The translations under genes and the position numbers were made by a program. Of a DNA stretch of 64,000 bases, positions 24,266 through 38,060 are shown in pieces. The stretch spans positions 50,778,001-50,842,000 of the forward strand of contig OX597825.1 in the NCBI GenBank assembly GCA_951406725.2, read 5' to 3'. The stretch is from Octopus vulgaris. Its lineage: Eukaryota. Under the pieces are notes generated by a model. The model saw only the letters and a list, made by a program, of their open reading frames with translations, was not told the DNA's origin and did no database searches. Within the stretch, counting starts at the first letter, position 1, and every line of letters starts with the position of its first letter.

Positions 24266-26224
24266 TGTCTGATGCCATCACGTCATTATGTCATTAATCA
24301 AGATATTTAACGGTTCGATGACCTGTATGGGTGCATGAAGCAGTATAGAAACAGGAGAAGAATATAATTATGTACAGAATTGTACAGCTGATCATTGTTT
24401 TGTTTTCTTGCAGGAATGTCTTCATATGTCGCGATTATAGCTCGTTGTTAGTTTGGCTTTGCCAATGTGATGTAACCCAGCTGTATCTCATAGAAACGAA
24501 TCCTTTTGTTGTCACCTTCAACCTTAAAGTTTATTACCCTTACCAAAATCATTTCGAGATCAATAAAAACTGCTCTGTTCTTCTTAGAGAAGCAAATGAG
24601 ACAAGCTAGTCAGAGGACTGTACATCTTGATATGTGAAGTATACTTTAGGAACGTAAAGTATGTTAATCATATATAAAATTAAATATGTGGAAGAAATTT
24701 ATACAAAGGGCGAAAAGGCAGGATCGTTGGAGCATCTGACGTGATCGCAGTGCATGTTACGGATCCTTGCAATCTGATATCAACATCCCTATGGCTTATT
24801 AGGTGTACACTGAACCTATAACCGTTTCTAACATCACTACTAATAGCATTCGGGTTACGTTCCCGGCTTAAAGAAAACATCTAGCAAGCACCCTCAAAAT
24901 TTTTTCGCCGTTTATATTATATGTCTATAATGTCATAATTTGATGCTGGATGGGCTGAGATCACCGTTGACAAGCCACTAGTACATGTAATCATATTTGG
25001 ATGATCAAAGTGTGATGTCACTTTAATATAGGGTTTAGAAAAGCTATAGTGAATATGGTGAATATGATTCCTCCGAATCCTGTAAGCTGTTCCAAAATGC
25101 TTTATTTTCACACACACATACACACAAATACACACACACATAGTGAAACACACACACAGAGAAAAACACATGTACACACACACACACACACTCTCTCTCT
25201 CTCTTTCTATCTCCCCCCCCCCCCTCCAACACGTTTACACTCACACAAATATATATTACATATAAAACAAATACTGTCTTCAGCTGTGTGTGTTTTAAGA
25301 AAATGAAAATATTTCTCGTGGGGTCTTCATAATTTCTTGCCAATATAAATTTACATTAACCTATAAATGCATTGTTTTAAAGACAGAAGTCATACATGAA
25401 AGAACGTTGAAAGCAAAATCGCGGCTCAGTAAATATTTTGTGCATGTGACTATGTAGAATCGCAAACAGCAGATATAAAAGCATTAAAACAACAAGAAAC
25501 AAAGATAGGCAATAGATTTTTATACTTTCTTAATCAACGATATGGAATTGAGGCAAATTTCATAACATAATCCATTAATGGCTTATAATCGAAGATATGT
25601 GAATTAGCATGCCACTAGCATCTGATTGGATGGTATAGTATCCTTAATTCCAGAAAGTTAATTCGCTTCCAGCAGAAATCTCTCCCATTTTATTTCTATC
25701 TTCATTCTTGTTGTTTTCCCCAACTCTCTCTCTTCTTTTTTCTTCATATGCACACCTAGCAAGCAACAGGGTATGGAACGATGTAAGATTTCGGCGGTCG
25801 TACAACAAACGCAGAAGAGGTGAGGTGGTACGGGGGAACAAAAGATGAAGAACGCAAGACTGAATGGAATGGTAATTAGATCACACAATCAGACATTGAA
25901 ATGAGGAGGGGGAGGAGGAGTGGGAGCCGATACACATGGTGATACGCTAATGAAATTAATCAGTGATGTTTCTTTTTAATATCTTAGGCTAAGCACGTAC
26001 ATTACTTAGGTGTAAGTATAAATTCGCAGACATAGTTACGTACATAAACATACACACGTATTAAACAAAACAATCACATATGCATACATATTACATACAT
26101 ATACACATAAAGCTGTATATATATATATATATATATGTATATATGTGTGTATATATATAGGTATATATAGAGAGAGATAAATAGATAGATAGAGAGATAG
26201 ATAGATGCCTGTAATCATACATTA

Positions 26225-26291
<67 letters not shown>

Positions 26292-26383
26292 TATATACAT
26301 ACATATATATACATATATATACATACATACACACACGAATATAGATGGATAGATAGATAGATATATATATAGATAAACTGATA

Positions 26384-26582
26384 GGCAACGGCCTGGCAGA
26401 ATCGTTAGCACACTGGGCGGGCAAAATGTCTAGTGCCGTTTCGTCCGTCTTTTCGTTCTAATTCTGCCTAGGTCAGCTTTGCCTTTCGTGGTTTCGGGGT
26501 CGATAAAATAAGTGACGTTTAAGTTCTGTTGTCGATGTAATCGTTTTGCCCCTATCAAAATTGCTGGTCTTGTGCCAAAATT
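26384..26582 (+). mobile_element. SINE family B, near full length
   Basis: GGCCTGGCAGAATCGTTAGCA head, then CTTTGCCTTTCGTGGTTTCGGGGTCGATAAAATAAGT. Confidence 0.8.
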
Positions 26583-26589
26583 CCTCATG

Positions 26590-28174
26590 GTAAAGTTTCA
26601 ATGTATATACGGGAAGATGGCACGCTTGCAGTCCTAATGTCACACTCAAACTCAGTTTGTGACATTCTGATAGTACACATTAAACTAATCAAAATGGTAA
26701 TATATATAGCATATTCCTCGCCAGATTCTCCAAGTCATAAGGACCCATTCGAAGAGAGCCTCAAAAAGATGGAAGACGTATTAAACATCCTAGTTAACAA
26801 CAATCAAATACTTCTAGGAGATTTCAACATCTCTAGTGTCGAATGGCGTGACGGTCGCCTTCGAGGCATGGACAAGCAGAGACAAGCAGAGACAAGCAGA
26901 GACTCTACTCGATCTCGCAAACATGTTTTTCTTTTTACACAACAAGGGGTAAAAATACTCTGAGCCTCTGCTTCACTAATAACACGGCACTCATACATAA
27001 TGTTAAGGTGACACCGATGATTTCCTCGGACCATAAATTAACAGAAGTCAAAATGCATGTTCCGCAGAAAACTGAAGACGTGCAGGCTACTAGAAGCACC
27101 CAATAAGTTTCCAGCTGGACTTTCATAAAGCTGATTGGAAGAGTATTGAGAAATCGATCATGGAATAACTGGTCTAGCAGTATCTCTACACAAGATATTG
27201 ACAAAGCTACAGCATTTTAGGACAGTCATACATGATATTTGCAGTAAGTTGGCCCCTGAAAGAACAATTCCTAATGATACGAACCTTGTTGTGTGACGAC
27301 GAACAAAGATCTCAGACCGTCCAAGTGGGCCGCTAAATGTTACCGAAGAATCCTATTTGAATTAAACATTGCTTGACAATGAAAGTTAAATCTAACACCC
27401 TTATAAAAAGGAGAGGGCAGAGAAAGAAGCTATGATTGTAAAAATTATAAAAGCAGGCCCTGAAAACTTCTGTAGATCTGCAAATAAGTCAGCTTTACCA
27501 CGGTACAAAGTAGGATCATTGTCTGAAGAAAATGGCTTACTGACTGCAGACCTCTTAGGGGAGAAATAAAATACTTAATGTGTAATGCAAATATGTTTTT
27601 ATATTTCCGTTGAGATACTTTCAAATACATATTGAGTTCTTCAACACTCCTGCTCTACACAAAAACATGGCAGCTATTGAATAAGTCGAAATAAAGGAAG
27701 GTGATGTAATATTATCCATTGATGAAATGAGCTTAACTCAGTCACGGGCACTAATGGATTCTTTGTAATCCTCCTATAAAAATGCACAGGAGCTCTAGCA
27801 AAACCACTACAAATCCTTATCCAAAACTTCCTTGCAACTAGAGGATTTCCCAGAAAGTTAAAGGACGGCATCATACGTCCTATCTGTAGAGGAAGTAGCA
27901 GAACAGACGCTAAAAATTGTTAGTTTGTCTCTCTAGCCTCACATGTCAGCAAAGTTATGGAGTGCATTATCAGGAGGAAGCTGATCAAGTCCCTAGAAGG
28001 TAATGACTTGCTTTCTGACACCCGGCATGGCTTCCGTTCGTGAAGAAGTTGCCTTTGAAAACGTTGATCATGGACTGATATATCACAATGTACGGAGACT
28101 CAGTATAGTCGGAAAACTGGGATAGTGATTACATGGCTTCCTAAAAGACAGAAGCCAGGCTGCCGCTGCCAATG

Positions 28175-28175
<1 letters not shown>
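26590..28175 (+). mobile_element. Decayed CR1-like LINE (endonuclease + RT N-terminal part)
   Basis: ORF 26601-26963 (AYSSPDS..ILLGDFNISSVEW). Later KCTGALAKPLQILIQ, DAKNC*FVSLASHVSKVME, LLSDTRHGFRS*RSCL. Confidence 0.85.
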
Positions 28176-28216
<41 letters not shown>

Positions 28217-28226
28217 TCACATACAC

Positions 28227-28301
<75 letters not shown>

Positions 28302-28764
28302 AATATGCTCTTCTATGTATGTCTGTATGTATGACTTTTGTAGAGGACGAATGACACAAGACCAAGCCTGATGAATTTTAAAGTTGATGCCAACATTATC
28401 TGGGCGATGTTTGCAGAAGTGTTGGAAGGAATAAAGTTTGTGATCCACGAAACGATCCCACTAAGTAAACACCTGTCTGATGTCTATTTCTCTTGTGATC
28501 AATTTCTGGGTTGCTTCAATTTTTATATATTTTTTTTGTGTAGGCAGAGCATAGCGGACAGCAGCATTAAAGGTGAGGACAAGCGAAAATGTAAAACAGA
28601 AGGTTAATGGTAGGTGCGTTTCAAAAACTAAAAGGCCCGGGAATTCAGGAGCACGCCTTACAGGCCATGTCGACTTTTTTGTTTATATGAACACTCCATC
28701 TTAAGTTGTTGCCGCCGGATACACCGAGGTCCCGAGCGGTGTTTGATGTTATAAGGTGCTACAT

Positions 28765-28870
28765 GGAATAGGAGTAGATGTATTTAAGGGACAAATTACC
28801 TCCAGCTGTTCCAAGGTCCTTTTCGGGATCGATAAAATAAGTACTGGGTTTCGATGAAATCGATCTATCC
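28765..28870 (-). mobile_element. SINE family B-related fragment
   Basis: Contains CCTTTTCGGGATCGATAAAATAAGTACTGGG core. Orientation and limits uncertain. Confidence 0.4.
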
Positions 28871-28873
28871 CTC

Positions 28874-29104
<231 letters not shown>

Positions 29105-29855
29105 ATTTATTGTTTTTGTACAGCTTCTAACGCTGGAGATGTATTACGGTTCCAGCTGTTCACTACTAGTGAACTAAGGTAACACCCCTTTTCTTCTGAG
29201 CACCATCCGGAGTTTTTGAGCGGTTCCAAGCAGTGCTGTTTTCTGCATGTGTTCCACCCTTATTACAACCCCTATTTGGTTCTTGTACTTCTCAAAGTTT
29301 TTACTCACACTTCCCAGAGTTTCAGCAGCTTTTTCCTTGAAAACAATGCTTATCTTCCCAAGCTAACCTGTCATATCTATCGACTTTTCTTTCTTCCTTA
29401 TCGCATATGTTGTTGTAAGTTGGGCATGCTATATCTATGATCCAGCATTGTTTTCTTTCTTTCTCAATTAACTCTATGTCTGGTTTCCTATTCTATATCT
29501 CATGGTCATACTGAATCATAAAATCTCATAGGATCTTTGCATTATCATTTTCGATGATGCCTTCGGGTTTATGTTCGTGACACTGTTTTGCTCCGTCAAG
29601 TCCTTACTTATTGCAAAGTGTCCACTGAACAATCTTTACTATATTGTCATGACGCCACTTATATTCTTTCTGGGCTAGTGGGGTACATTGGCTGGTAATA
29701 TGCCATACGGTTTCACCATTTTGCCCTCAAATTCTGCACTTACCACTTTCTGATGTGTTGTCTATTCTGTATTTGATGTAATTGGTTCTTAATGTTTGCT
29801 CTTGGGCAGTACAGGTTGGAGCCTCTAAGTCAGTTTTAGTGATCCATAGCCATAT
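29105..29855 (-). mobile_element. Third R4/Dong-like RLE retrotransposon 3' fragment
   Basis: AQEQTLRTNYIKYRID..KCRI*GQNGETVWHITSQC (CCHC knuckle), EYKWRHDNI, EHKPEGIIENDNAKIL*DF, NRKPDIELIEK, QKTALLGTA. The 3' end abuts a (TGA)/(TAA) array. Confidence 0.88.
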
Positions 29856-30970
29856 CCGGCACGGATATAGATAAGACGGGGGATTGAAAGCTGACATTAG
29901 ATCCTGGTAATCTTTAAGCCCCTTTCTTCTGTACAGTTCACTTTTCGCATTTAAGCACAAAGTAACTAATCAATCCTACCCGTCAAGGATTCTTAAAGCC
30001 AGTAACTTACATTGCCGCTGCCTGTAACGTTAAGATGAAAAGTCAGTTGGCTGACAGTACGTTGGTGTAATGTATGCTACTTTATCTCACCAAAGGCACA
30101 CGAACTACGCATTTATTCCGTAGTCTTGATGTTTCACACCGCAGTAACTTACCCAAACGCCGAAGTAACTTTGTTGACTGACAGTGTAATAGCCACTGAC
30201 AGACTCTGATACTTTCGTTGCCTTATTTTTTAAACCGCAATATCATTATCTGGACTATCATTTTACTATCATGTTTCAGAGAATACACACACACACACAC
30301 ACACACTATGGTTTGATCCTCCATTCTGTTTATCAATTCAAAGTATTTCTTCTCAGTTCCGAATCAAAGATCTAACCAAATGTAACCTTCACATTAGGTA
30401 TGTTACTGTTAGATATTCTTGTTAACAATGTCTGCAATATTGCATCTTCTTCGAGGGTATTTGTGAACCAATTAGTATAATGAACAATACAGAAGAAACT
30501 CAGAAAAACCAATGTACCAATGGATATAAGATATTTCCATAATACAGACATGCTAATGCCGACAAAATTTCTTTAATGTACATGTACATCTTGAAAACAT
30601 AGCAAAACCATCGCATAATAGAACAAAAGGAAGAAATGTCCCATAGCAATGAGTTATGATCTTCCTGCTACTGATTTCAAATCTCACCACGTATTAACTA
30701 TGTCAGGATCGATAAATTAAAGTACCAGTCATGTACTGGTACAGCAAATCTTCTTTACTTCACTTCTTTCACACGAATGCAATTGTTCAAACTGTCACAA
30801 TGATAAACACTGTTATCTTCGACATCAACGTCATTATCGTTGTCTAATTTGTTTTCGTCATCATCATCCCGTTCGTCGTAGTCGTCATCATCATTATAAT
30901 CATCATTATCATCACCATAATAATACTAATAATAATAATGATAATAATAATGATAATAATAATAATAATG

Positions 30971-31021
<51 letters not shown>

Positions 31022-31023
<2 letters not shown>

Positions 31024-31580
31024 TGCCCTAATGCAGTATCGGAGAGTGGATCCCATGGCTTCTGGTATTAACTAATTGGAAGTTATCATGTACATGGTTT
31101 TGCCTTGGTATAAAAGATGGACTACGGCAAATATTCTGTTCACTACCAAAGATTTTATTGTCAGCTGCTTGACCATAACCAGTTGAGCATGTCTCTTAGT
31201 GACTGACAATATGTGCATTTATGATCACGACAAGATGTAGTGGTCAGGATCGTAGTCATGGGTTAAGAGGAATTCTTTGAAGTTTGAATAATTCACCTCT
31301 GAAAACATGGCTGTTTCGTTCAACATCCTTAAATAACCCTCATTCAGGGACCTTTCGAGTGGGATGGGCTACTCAGCTTGAAGAAAATGTTATCTGGGCC
31401 CCACTTGCAAGGTCATGCGCTATTTATCTTGATGTGAGATCACCATGTCGCGCACATATGGTTGCAGTGCATGTGTCTGGTCTACCTTTGTCAGACGGGT
31501 AGTCATGATAGGAATACTAGGCTTCGTATATTTGTACCCCAATGTCATTATGATGGCGTGCATTGGTCTCTCAATCAATC
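31022..31580 (+). mobile_element. ~550-bp non-coding interspersed repeat, copy 2, embedded in (AAT)n
   Basis: Aligns with 3453-3955 and 54677-55190. (AAT)n on both sides. Confidence 0.9.
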
Positions 31581-31616
31581 AATAATAATGATGATGATGA
31601 TGATGATGACGATAAT

Positions 31617-31850
31617 GCTTTCAAATTTTGGTACAATGACAGCAGTTATGGAGAGGGGGTAAGTCGATTACATCGATCCCAGTACTTTACTGCTACTTAT
31701 TTTATCGATCCCGAGAAGATACTTATTTCATCGACTCCTAACGGGCAAAGGTAAAGAGGACCTTGGCGGAAAATAGAACTCAAATGTAAAGATAGACGAA
31801 ATGTCGCGAAGTATTTTGCCTGGCATGCTAACGATTCTGCATCTCGCCGC
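31617..31850 (-). mobile_element. SINE family B
   Basis: Reverse complement gives GGCGGCGAGATGCAGAATCGTTAGCATGCCAGGCAAAATACTT...GATAAAATAAGTA. Confidence 0.8.
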
Positions 31851-31874
31851 CTCATTAGTAATAATGATAATAAC

Positions 31875-31943
<69 letters not shown>

Positions 31944-31969
31944 AATAATAATAATAATAATAATAATCT

Positions 31970-32115
31970 TTTCTACTATAGACAGAAATGAAACATAATT
32001 TTATCAACCACGAAAGGATGAAAGGCAAAAAAAAATTCAGCAGAATTTGAACTCAGAACATAAACCTAGAAGAAATGCCGCTATGCATTTTGCCAGGTGA
32101 GCTAACTACTTTGCT
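31970..32115 (-). mobile_element. SINE family B, degenerate
   Basis: Reverse complement contains GTTCTGAGTTCAAATTCTGCTGA...TTTGCCTTTCATCCTTTCG. Confidence 0.7.
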
Positions 32116-32574
32116 AGTACTAGTGAGAAATGCATAAGTGTTTCAGTCTTTGAAGCAACCAACCCGTAGAACAGTCACATCACATTAGTATCTTTCCATT
32201 ATATCTTTTTGTAGAACTACTTGTGCTAATGTATATGAATATCTCACAACCAGCCGAAATATCAATGGTTCGTCTTGTGTCCACAATACTTAACTATATG
32301 CATCACTAAGACAATTGACTATCAACAGTGAAGTCCATCCACCTACACGTTAGGTGCTTTTGTTTTAGCCACTAATCATCCCTGACTGAACGGAGATATG
32401 TTCGCCGACTTGTAACCATGATCATTCAGCCTTTTTGTATACTGGGACTATATTGTCTAGCATGCTTTTTCTATTTTGTCTGCGCTAACGAGATTAACCA
32501 GAAGAAATACTCGGTGCTATCTTCAGTCACCGTGTAGAGGTTTCCTTGATGTCAAAAGCTGTATAAAAGTACAG

Positions 32575-32879
32575 TGTGAAGGCGTGTGGCTCAATGGTTC
32601 GAGTATTCGGGTGACGATCGCAAGGTCGTGAGATCTATTCCCGGCGGTTCGTTGTGTCTTTGAATACTCCAGTCTACTCAGATGGCAAAAATGATTAGTA
32701 CCAGTACTTCAAAGGGCCAGAATTGTCATCTCCTATATCACACTGAATATCTCCGGGAATAACTTTAAATGGAAGCGTGTGTTTAGAGTACTCAACCACT
32801 TGCACGTTAAATTCACGAGCAGGCTGTTCCGTTGATTGGATCAATTGGAATCGTCGTTGTCGTAATCGATGGCGTGCCA
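32575..32879 (+). mobile_element. tRNA-derived SINE family C
   Basis: TGTGAAGGCGTGTGGCTCAATGGTT head. CTCAGATGGCAAAAATGA..TACTTCAAAG..CCACTTGCACGTTAA..GTCGTAATCGA shared with 52540-52846. Confidence 0.85.
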
Positions 32880-34427
32880 GATATATAAGTACAGTGGTGT
32901 GGGGATCATATATGTGACTACAGAATGCCACAACAACAGCATTGGTGACTGTGGCTATATATTTGACGCCTGGAAGCATCAACAGTCACATTGTTAGTGG
33001 TTATATATATGACCACTTTAAGTATTGGCGGCTGTAGCAGACCGACGTCGGTTTCGCCAGTTTATAATACTGTGTTAACCACTAACATATTGTGGTGGCC
33101 AAGCAGCAGTTGTGAAGAGAATAGAATGCACATTCTGCTAGAATCAGACACGTGTAGGCGAAGAGGATCCATAATCCATTGATGGATACCGATGATTACA
33201 AAATGCTAAACACATGAATGGATCGTTGCATAACACCTTAAAGGATAAAGCACGAGTATATATTATATGCATGCTAGAGATTTCAAAAAGGAGTGTGTAA
33301 CATGCATCACTTTTTCCTAAGCAAATGAAGTCAACTATTTTCTACTGCAGATTGATTAGGAGCACCAACATTTCTATATTTTATCACTCCTCTTTATTCT
33401 TGCGTATATACCTTTAATAGTGCATAAGTCTAGAAATGTTAAAGGAACTGTAAAATTGGTAAAAATTAGGTTACTCACAGTTAAATGACTGGTATACTTT
33501 GAACAAAATAAAAGAGAAATCAGTTCTTGGAATGATTCGAAATTAGAACACGTAGAACTACATCTTAAAAGAGCAAAACAGGCTTTCCACTGCGCCAATA
33601 CATCTATTAACGACTGAACAACCGTGCCCCACAATCATCCCAAAATTTTTGTATGAAGTAAACTGCTTCATTTCTCGATTAGTAAATTAATTTGAAAGAA
33701 ACCACCTGTAGCTGTTAAAGAGGCAATGGCGGAGACTTCTAGCAGCGGTTTTAGTAGGCATTTTAGAAACTAAACAAACCTGAAACCATTAGATTTACCA
33801 ATTGGTCATTTTGTTACTGTTGTTGCTATTGACGTTATTGCTGTTGTTGTTAATCGTGGAGTTGTTGTTGTTGTTATTGTTACTGCTACTGCCGTTTTTG
33901 TAATACACTAATACAAACAAATATTGCTTCATGCAGAAATAAAGCACAGAATTTATGGACCATTCCCTGTTATTTCAACTTTCATTTTATTTTTATTTTC
34001 TCCATGGTTTATTGCAATTGTTAATAGTGAAGAGTTAAATAATAAATCTAGCAGAAATGTAGTAAAATAATAAAGACGGTGCTGTTGATGGTAATAATGA
34101 TATTAAAAATTAAAGTAAAATAACGGTTGTTACTTCTTATAATAATGATGATGATGGAGATAATAACAACAACAACAACAACAACAACAATAACAACAAT
34201 AACAACAATAACAATAATAATAATAATAATAATAATAATAAGGATATTTTATTTTAACCAGCGGTAAGAAATCATGCGGAAACAAACGATACTTTAATAA
34301 ACGATAGAGTTAGGTGCGTGTATATATGAATGTATATGTAAATATATACATAGATAAATGTTCATAAATTTTAGACATACGCCCACACATCGCTTTTCAG
34401 CTGCTTTTTGTGTAAGATCAAAATGTG

Positions 34428-34459
<32 letters not shown>

Positions 34460-35339
34460 GTGCGCGCGTGTGTGTGTGTGTGTGTCTCTGTATGTGTATA
34501 CACACACACACACACGCACACACACTCGGTGAATACATCTGATATATTGATCAATAGTAGCAAATCTCAGTAATGGGTACATTACTGTGCACACATATTT
34601 TTAATTGTAGAGTCTGAAGTAGGGGCATTGTCCACGGTATTAACAGGGCCTCAGAGACGGGTGAGATTAATGCCATTAATGTTCTGTTTCATTTGTAGCA
34701 AGTTAACATAAGCAGGCTAAATATGAACAGGACGAAAATTCCAGAGGGTTGACATTAAGGGGACGAATGATTGGACTAGAGTGGACATTGTGTTTAGCGT
34801 TGTGCCAAGTGTGTTGAATTCAGCAAGAGAAACGAGAGGTGGAAAGATGTGCATATTTGGAGTGCATGAATGATGGAGTTACACGACAAGTCAGCTTCGA
34901 GGAATAGAGGCCATCATAGTAGTGTCAGAAAAAAAGAGAAGAGAGAGGTAGAGATAGAGATATATAGATTGATAGATAGGGAGAGAGAGAGAGAGGGGGG
35001 AATATGTAATATGCCAGTGTGCCAGAGGCAGGAACGTTTCCGTTATTGAGCGAGTTCTGGTTAGTCGAGAGGCCCTTCTCTGGACGCTGTTCTGAGTGTA
35101 TATGTATTGTGGCTGCATCGTTCCAGATGTATTTTGGGCCACACTTGATACGGGTAGAGCGTCAGCTGCTGCTGTTTTCTGGGCCGGAAGAAAAGGCTAG
35201 ACTTTGGCATGCAGTCCAATCGATGCTAAGGATAAAGGGTTCTAGCTGAGTACATCACATGACTGGAGGTGGTGTGGTACTTGTATGTGAGTATGTGTTT
35301 ATTTCTAATGTTAAATAGTTGAGGTATATGAGTGTATAT

Positions 35340-37508
35340 CAATGCGCAACAAATTTCAGGTTCAAAAACAGTACAAGTTAAGTAAGACTTGTTTCTGGGT
35401 CAAAAAATTGTCCTGATTCTGATTCTGACCTTTATTTCTCCAGATTTGTTACTCTTTTCCTATGCCATGAACCATATGTTTAATAATATACTGCATAATA
35501 TTGCGTAATGAACACAACATTGCAAATACTTAAAGTTACAAAACACAAAACAAAAATTTAGTAGGTATAACAAAACATATTGGATATGAATTGAAAACAC
35601 ACCTTTCAGTTTAAACAACATTTGTCCTTCTAAGCTTCTTGTGCGGAGTGTGATCTTTTTTTATACCCCAGCAGTAGTCTGCCAACATGGCAGAGTACCA
35701 TTTTCCTTTGAATCATCGCTGAAATATCCTGATGGAATCTTTTACCATGTTCATCACTCATATCACCAAGATTTTCCGCAAAAAAGTCTAAAGGAGAGTG
35801 AAGTACATGAACTTTTAGAGACATGTTACATCTCATGTCATGATAATGACTCAGCAGTTCATTCACAACTGGCACACAGTCTTCTGAACGATGGTTGCCC
35901 AGGAAGTTATTGCAAACTTTCTTGAATGACTTAAAGGCAAGCTTCTCTTTTCTCTTGAGATGTGTGATGAAGGTTTCATCAAGTACAATTGTTCGAATTT
36001 GGGGATCTATGAAGAAACCTTCTTTAATTTTAGCTTGACTCAGGAAAGGGAACTTTTCTGAAAGATATGCAAATGCGGAGGATTCCTTGTCCAAGGCTTT
36101 CACAAATTGCTTAAACAAACCAAGTTTAATATGCAAATGTGGTAAAAAAAATTCTATCTCTTTTCACAAGTGATTTGTGCATTATGCTGTGTTTTCCTTG
36201 CTCAATTTCATCTCGGATCGGCTAATCCTTACGTACATAATGTTCAGCTCTTGCTCCGGAATTCCATAAGCACAGGAAGCAGCAACATTTAGTATAGCCA
36301 GTAAGCATGTTCAAAACCTTAAAATTTGCACAAATATGCCAAGTATGGTCATCATATTGTATGCTTGTTAAAATTGCTTTCAGATTTTCGTATGATTCTT
36401 TCATGGTTGTACTATAACCTATGGTAATAGAAAGCAGAGTGTTACCATTGTGTAGCAGAACAGCTTTGATGCTGTCCTTGGATGCATCTATGAAAAGTCA
36501 CCAGTTGGTTTTATCATATGATACTTTCAGTTGCTCAAAATGTTCAATGATGTCATTACAAAAGCATAAGTCATCCTTCATGATGAATAATGCAAGTAGA
36601 TCCTCTGTACAGTGTTATCTTCACTCCTTTCTCAAGACAATTACGTTCTTGAAGTGTTGATGCCAGAAACACAGTTTTCTCTTTTGTTAAATAGAGATCC
36701 CTGCACAAGTCATTTAGAGTCTCTTGAGAAAATGGTATCGGTTTATTCCCGCTTTCTGAATCATTGGGCTCCACACATTCACCCCTGGAATGTTCATCAG
36801 CACTGCTGGAACTCTGCATTTCTTGATCTGGAGGTTTGGGCACAGGTAAATTTTCCGTGTACTCTACTGGGCACATTGCTGATTGCAAATTTGGGTAAAC
36901 AATATGTTTCTTTTTCTTTGCTGTAGTACAGCCTGTAAAGTCCTGATGACAGAAATAGCAATCATTAGTGACCTTTCTGCTCACGCCAAATCATTGGCAC
37001 ACCAAACTTCATGCGAACATTTTTTCCTGCATACCAGGCACTCAATGTCTTTACACGTGTAAGGCAATACACATGACGAGCCCATGACTTATCCTGGTCT
37101 CCTAAGTAAAAATCGAAGTACGCCTTGTATATTTTCTTGATATGGCATGTAAATAGCAAAAGTCAATTCCCCACAGATATAACAGAATCTGTTTGGACCA
37201 TTTTTGCACCATCTTGCACTCATTGTTGAAAACAAATAAGATCTGAATGATAAAAAATAACATTAAACACAAGCTTTGAATCACATTGTAGGTGTTACTA
37301 AGATTGGTCTCTAGCCCTGGTCTGAAACCCATTTTACAATGCGATAGAGAATTTTATTTAATAATAATGACAAAAAGGGAATACAGTGACAATTCTGTAG
37401 AAACCATGCCTAATTCAACAAAAAGAAGGCCAGAAATGGATTTCCCATGTCATTTGGCATATAAAAACGGCCACAGATCTCTTGTACTTTTTTAAGTGTT
37501 GCACAGTG
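35340..37508 (-). mobile_element. Apparently full-length Chapaev3-like (CMC) DNA transposon with disrupted transposase
   Basis: Termini CAATGCGCAAC... / ...GTTGCACAGTG flanked by a TAT duplication. Minus-strand frames from ATG 37223: MSARWCKNGPNRFCYICG, YKAYF..GDQDKSWARHVYC..C, MKFGVPMIWREQ, DCYFC, MKESYENLKAIL..WHICANFK..GYTKCCCFLCLW, HIKLGLFKQFVKAL..LSQAKIKEG..PQIR, NMSLKVHVLHS..SDEHGKRFHQDI. Confidence 0.85.
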
Positions 37509-37611
37509 TATTTTAGCGTTATATACTCGTATATACATGCATGATTATACGGATGATGATGACGATGATGAGGATAGCGGAAAGAAATAAAAACGTAGTA
37601 AGAGAGAAAAA

Positions 37612-37612
37612 C

Positions 37613-37665
<53 letters not shown>

Positions 37666-37738
37666 TGTTGTTGTTGTAGTAGTGGTAGTGGTGGTGGTGG
37701 TGGTAGTAGTACTAGTAGTTGTTGTTGTAGTAGTGGTG

Positions 37739-37802
<64 letters not shown>

Positions 37803-38060
37803 CATGAGAAGGAGGCGGAAGAGAAGAAGAAGGAGGAGACGTAGAAGAAGGGGGGGAAGTAGAAGAAGAAGAAGGAGGAGAAGAGGAGAGAGAAGAGAAG
37901 GAGGTAGAAGAGAAGAAAGAAGTGGAAGAGGAGAAGGAAGAGAAAGAGAAGGGAGGGGAGTAGGAAACAGAAAGTGGTAGAAGATGGAGGAGGTGATTGA
38001 TAATGATGAGAAGGAGAAGGAGGATGAGGATGTGGATGGTGAAGATGAAGACGACGACCA
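37612..38060. repeat. (GTA/GTG/GTT)n microsatellite followed by GA-rich low-complexity tract
   Basis: Directly visible; produces the spurious poly-T/S/V ORFs. Confidence 0.9.
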
